Origin: Anthoceros angustus
Lineage: Eukaryota; Plantae; Anthocerotophyta
Reading direction: 5' to 3'
Assembly (NCBI GenBank): GCA_010909165.1
Contig: MU008157.1
Location: 868,001-932,000 of the forward strand
Length of the DNA stretch: 64,000 bases
The position numbers and the translations under genes are program-made. The first letter of the stretch is position 1, and each line of letters begins with the position of its first letter. Of the stretch, positions 59,409 through 64,000 are shown piece after piece. Below the pieces are notes generated by a model that searched no databases, had not been told where the DNA came from, and saw only the letters and a list, made by a program, of their open reading frames with translations.

Positions 59409-60269
59409 ATGGCCCGGTTGTGTTGCTGCTTCGGGGCCAGATCTGGGGGAGACAAGGGGAGCAAGGTGGAGGATGCTAAGGCGGCTGCAGCGACGGCGGC
59501 AGGTGAGGGACAGAAGCAGCAGCAGCAAAAGAAGGGAGGAGGCAAGGGAGCGAGCCAGAGCGCGGTGCTGGTGGAATTCTTTACCTCGCAAGGATGCAGC
59601 TCCTGCCCGCCCGCAGATCTGGTGATGTCGAGGCTGGCGCAGGAGGGAGCGGGGGAGGTGCCCGTGGTGGTGTTGGCGTACCATGTGGATATTTGGGACC
59701 ACCTCGGGTGGCGGGATCCGTTCGGCAGCAGCGCCTGGAGCTTGCGGCAGCGGACGTACGCGGAGGTGTTGCAGCAGGACTCCATCTGCACGCCGCAGGC
59801 TGTGGTGCAGGGAGCGGCGCATTGCATCCCCAGCACGGACGCAGGGCTCGGCGGCCTTATTGCCTCGGCGACGCGCTTTTCTGCTGCCGATTTGCACCTG
59901 GCCTTCTCCAGGCCCGCGCCTGACCAGCTCAAGGTTACGGGATTTGTTGTTCCCAAGTTTAAGATCGAGTCTGACTCCAAGGTGGACGTCATGGTGGCGC
60001 TGTTTGAGGATAATCTGGTCACCATGTGCAGCAAGGGGGAGAACATGGGACGGACGCTCACCAACGACTCCGTGGTGCGGGCCTTGGAGAGGTTGTGCAC
60101 TCTGGAGCATCCGCTGCCTGCCAAGAAAGGCAAGGGGGATTTGGAGGTGGTGCTCCCGCTGTGGCAGGGATTTGGCAGGGCCCGGGCCGGGGTTGCTGTC
60201 TTCCTGCAAAATCAGAGAACCAAGCAGGTTTATGGAGTGCAGCGAATTGAGCTGCCTGACAATTTGTGA
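59409..60269 (+). CDS. DUF1223 thioredoxin-fold protein, single exon
   Basis: VLVEFFTSQGCSSCPPAD; LAYHVDIWDHLGWRDPF.SSAWSLRQR.Y; TPQAVVQG; GENMGRTL.ND.VVR. First ATG at 59409 gives MARLCCCFG. Confidence 0.88.
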   Translation: MARLCCCFGARSGGDKGSKVEDAKAAAATAAGEGQKQQQQKKGGGKGASQSAVLVEFFTSQGCSSCPPADLVMSRLAQEGAGEVPVVVLAYHVDIWDHLGWRDPFGSSAWSLRQRTYAEVLQQDSICTPQAVVQGAAHCIPSTDAGLGGLIASATRFSAADLHLAFSRPAPDQLKVTGFVVPKFKIESDSKVDVMVALFEDNLVTMCSKGENMGRTLTNDSVVRALERLCTLEHPLPAKKGKGDLEVVLPLWQGFGRARAGVAVFLQNQRTKQVYGVQRIELPDNL

Positions 60270-61581
60270 GCCATGGTCAGCTGTTTCCCTGCCGGGCGGA
60301 AGAGAACCGAGCTTGGAGCTTGGAGCTTGGATGTAGCAGGTCGAAGAGGGACACTTTTTCTTCAGCGCTATCCCTTTAGATAGCCGATATGGAAATTCTT
60401 TCTTAGTGTGTTGTATACGGTAGCAGGTCAAGGACTGTGTGTGATCGGCTCGGTCAGCAGCCGGCATAGATCTAGAGCTCATGTGCCCGTGCTTTGGACA
60501 AGCTTAGGTGATGTGCATGCAGAGCATGCAGCGGTGGCAGCAGTCTTCCGCGAAGGCCTTGCATGGTGGTCATTTCTCGCCTTTTCTTGCATCGGCAGGT
60601 ACAAGATAGGATTCAGGGCGGCTTCTCTGCCCTGGTAGGAAGCGTGTGAGCATCCATGACAGGTGGTGTTATGGATGCCTTGACATCAGTCTTCACCAGG
60701 ACTGGTTTCGGGAGCGGATTCTAGTTTACCCGCTGATATCTTCTCCGACCTTGTCGAGACCAGGGTGTGGAGGCTGACAGCTCAAGCCGGACACTGGATT
60801 GGGTTGCAGGGTACATATCTTTGTTTGTCCTTATGCGGGTAAGATGCTACGCATTTCAGGTTCCAGTGTGGTTGTGGGGGCAAACTAGATTATTTCCAGG
60901 TATAGTACACCCTTCTGTTAGCTGGAGATGGCCCATTGGCATCTCTTGTTCCCAACATATGGTGCATTGCAATGCTTTGCTAGTTATGCTCAGTATACTC
61001 GTCCATATACTATAGCTTCTAGAGCCATTAATATTGTATACTGCTGGATTGAATGACGTCACATAAACACCAATTAGCTTCACTGTTGTCCAGAGAATCA
61101 ACTGCATCTCGAATAGCAGGGATTCTGCTGTCGTATGCTTGCGTACCCTGGCGCTGTGTCATGGGAGCGCTTCCTCCCCGTCGACTCGTCCGATTGTCGC
61201 ACCTGAAAGCTGCACTTGGACAACCACGGGCGGCAATTTTAGTGTTGATAGCGACGAGGAGCTCAGTGCGTGACAGATCGGCTGTCATCCGAGCTCGAAT
61301 GGAGTTGTCCACCCGGTTAGCAGACCCACCCGCCACCTTTTTCATGTTTATGGGGTGCGAAATTCTTCCAATGTCATATGTGGCAAGATCCTTTCCTAAC
61401 ACTTGGCCGATAAATCGCTTAAAATTCAGGCCGGGAACTCGTAAGAACAAACATCCCCTTTCGTGCTCCTCTATACATCAGAGATCACAGTATGTACATG
61501 AGCAATCACAGTCTGTACGCGCACACTGTTTTCGCAATGAACCGCGAAAACACAGGCACACTAGTTTTGTGTCTAAAGAAA

Positions 61582-62868
61582 TCACGAGACGCAACCCACC
61601 TCGGAGTCCCAGATAACTGTGCCATCGCATTTGCACAACGTCTGCCTCAGCTGCCCCACTGTCTTCCCTGCACTTCTGGCAATCACAGCCGCTGCGATCC
61701 CTTCACTGTGGCTCACAGCCTGGTACAAGACGATGGATCGCCCGATCACATCCGACACACTTAGCCGGTTGCTTGTGGACGAGTATTTCGCATGGCCTCG
61801 CGAGTCCGCATCCAGGGTTCCCAGCTCTCCAGCCGCTTTTTCCTTTTGCTGTCCCACGCTTGCGCTTGAAGCGGCTGGATTGAAAGGCCCGCCTGTGCTG
61901 GTTGGACCCCGAGTTAGGTCCCCGAATTCGTTCAAGCTCCAGTGGTGTAATCCTGGTTGTAAACCATCGAATGTGGCCTCTATGCTTGTCACTTCCTTTG
62001 TCAGCTGAACAAGCTGAACAAGCCCGTGGACAACCGGGCCTTTGAACTCTGCAACTGCTACAATCAAGGACTCGGCGTCTGCGACAAACAGGAAGAATTA
62101 TACTTGCAGACAACCGTGCTCTGCATGACTTGTAAGCCTGCCACGCATATAATGTCAGCACGCTTGTCGCAGGAGTTTGAAGTTCCGGAACTCACAACTT
62201 GCGGCCAAGTTTTTGTCGTAATCCGGAGCAGCGCAAACAGAGAGCTGGCTTGCCGGGATGGTCTTGCAAGCCATGAGCTGCGCAATACCTTGCTTGTCTG
62301 TGTTCTTGTTCTGAGCTCTCACTGGCACAACCTGGAATTTAATGTCAAGCACGGCACAGTTCAGGCTTCGCAGTGATAAAAGCTAGTACTAGGCAGTAGG
62401 CCCCGCATCACCTTCAAGCCCTCTTCAAACGGTTTTCTATCCACAGTCCACACACATCACAATCCTCCAACATAGTTAATCTAAGTCCTACAGCCACAAT
62501 TGTACTCGGGACTTTGCGAATGGTCTACAAAGGCAAATCCTTTTCTGTCATTGCCATCTGCGTTTTACCATATCAGGAAGCAGTTTGGTGCTTCTCTTCG
62601 GCTCCACAACGAAGTTGCTGGTCGAGCCTACAGCATGGCTTGATGACAGGTGCATGATAACCGACCTACTATGCAGACCTGCAGGACGGCAGAAATTTAA
62701 ACATTTATGCATGAACCAAGCCGAAAGCCTCACTAATTTGCGTCTGCCAGCATAAGAGTCCCTCGCACGACCCGCAATTCCTGCAGGATGTTCTTGCAGC
62801 TGAAGCTTGTTACTAAGCAACTCGAGTTTCGTACCGTGGAAAGGGATCTCGTGAGCTGATGCCTGCAA
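61582..62868 (-). CDS. CCS: Copper chaperone for superoxide dismutase-like protein; 5' exons unresolved, possible frameshift
   Basis: AVAEFKGP..HGLVQL..IEATFDGLQPGLHHWSLNEFGDLTRG..STG..FNP; G.LGTL.AD..G.A; DVIGRSIVLY; AAAVIARSAG; domain III LCKCDGTVIWD. The upstream exon has MLEDCDVC. Confidence 0.75.
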
Positions 62869-63191
62869 ATATCGCAGTCGCCAATACAGTCAGTTGTTGG
62901 CAACAGCAAATTTCGCAGCCCAAATGAGTCCGCAAGCCCAGAGTACCTATCCGGAATCCCTCGCAGACACCAAGGCGAGGAATGGGAGTGCGAGCATATG
63001 CCACGCAAGTAGAAGCTCAATGCACGACACTAGCTTCGCGTAGTACAAGAGGCAAGTGCCTATAGCAGCCTGCGCGTACTGGCAGCAGTACAACAGCTTC
63101 CCGAGAGAATGAAAGCCAACTGATGGAGCAACGATGTCGTCATCCCATCCCTGACTAATTACGCTAACGGCCGTTACACCAACTTGACAGG

Positions 63192-63271
63192 TTCCGATAT
63201 GTGTGTTTCCAGTTAGGGCTCTATGTAGTTAGGGCTTCCCTTTTAGGGTTAGGGTTTCCGATATGTGTGTT
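63192..63271. promoter_or_regulatory. Cluster of four TTAGGG/TTTAGGG telo-box units bracketed by a 16-bp direct repeat, upstream of the CCS-like gene
   Basis: TTAGGG at 63213 and 63229 and TTTTAGGGTTAGGGTTT at 63241; TTCCGATATGTGTGTT at 63192 and 63256. Confidence 0.5.
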
Positions 63272-64000
63272 GGCTCTGGCTAAGATATCAAGGCATTCCA
63301 TGTCGCCACCTCGTACGGCCATGATGGCAAAGAACTTTGAATCCATGTCTGTCCGGCAGCTGATGTTTTCCGCACCAGTCCTCTTTCGACAATCAAAGAA
63401 TGGAGTTATGTACGTGTCTTGTGACAAGCACGCTCGCAAACATGTGGCCCTCCCCAGCTAAATCATAAGGACATGGAAGGAACGCTGGTGGCTAGGCGTA
63501 TATGTAAAGGAAGCCATATGTGCGAGAGAGACAACACGTTGGCGCCAAATCGCAAGGGCAAGAATGCGTCTCATTTCCTTCTACCGCATTATCCAACAAA
63601 CGGATAGAACCCCATGCTAATCAGGAAGGTTTCAATCACCATTCTTCCTGAGCATCCTCGCTTAGGCGAGCTTTCCTCACTGCCAGAAGGCTTGCGATCA
63701 GGCCTGTCCTGCCCGTGACGGTCCGATTGCCGCGGAGATCGCTGAGCAGATCGATCAGATCGATCGGCCTCGATCGGTCGCTAAACTTAATTAGGCGTTT
63801 TCTATTGTATATAACCATCTAAACACATGAGATATATATATAATACTAAAAAATCTGGAAGATGTTAAGCATCTATTATAGAATATAACAAATTAACCTG
63901 GTCACACAAAAGAAATAGGGTCGAATTTGAACACTTCTCGAAGTCAAAAACAACTTTGGTGATTCGGCTATATATGTACCCAGAGCTACGATGACCCTAG

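Noticed and set aside
58988-60482. 381-aa and 413-aa minus-strand ORFs
   Set aside because: Antisense shadows of the DUF1223 gene.
60300-61580. ORFs between the DUF1223 and CCS genes (including a CTICWE Cys pattern)
   Set aside because: No coherent domain or exon chain; the region lies between convergent 3' ends and is likely UTR.
36630-62868. Apparent redox/stress gene cluster (PEX11, VTC1, LCD, DUF1223, CCS)
   Set aside because: The genes belong to different pathways and compartments and are interspersed with unrelated genes and repeats; expected by chance in a gene-dense genome without synteny or co-expression data.
63221-63439. 72-aa minus-strand ORF with a faint ankyrin-like look
   Set aside because: It runs into the telo-box cluster, has only one vague motif, and is more likely promoter sequence.

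Overview
Eukaryotic nuclear DNA from a gene-dense, seed-free land plant, most like a hornwort. This is an inference from introns of mostly about 80-110 bp, GC-rich genic DNA, a flagellar IQCA1/DRC11 gene and a WW-type PPR-DYW editing-factor relic. I can support 15 protein-coding genes: UTP6, an intronless BTB-SPRY protein, SmD3, IQCA1/DRC11, a DnaJ-type zinc finger protein, a TIGR01589-family protein, an AFG1-like ATPase with EF-hands, an SBT2 subtilase, PEX11, GDP-mannose pyrophosphorylase, L-cysteine desulfhydrase, RKP/KPC1, an alpha/beta hydrolase, a DUF1223 thioredoxin-like protein and a CCS-like protein. There are also two tRNA genes (Asp-GTC, Leu-CAA), three broken gene copies (PPR-DYW, inverted BTB-SPRY, partial PEX11) and AT-rich intergenic patches full of TE relics and short tandem duplications. 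The most unusual items are: a four-copy 80-bp tandem array that is a decayed tRNA-Leu-CAA, lying just downstream of an intact tRNA-Leu-CAA and followed by a foldback element; a degenerate CRE-type non-LTR retroelement; a candidate peptide uORF; an AFG1-EF-hand fusion; and an inverted BTB-SPRY duplication enclosing a captured ARF-GEF fragment. No CRISPR array or prokaryotic system is present. All alignments, family assignments and exon structures were done by eye or from memory, so multi-exon gene boundaries are approximate.
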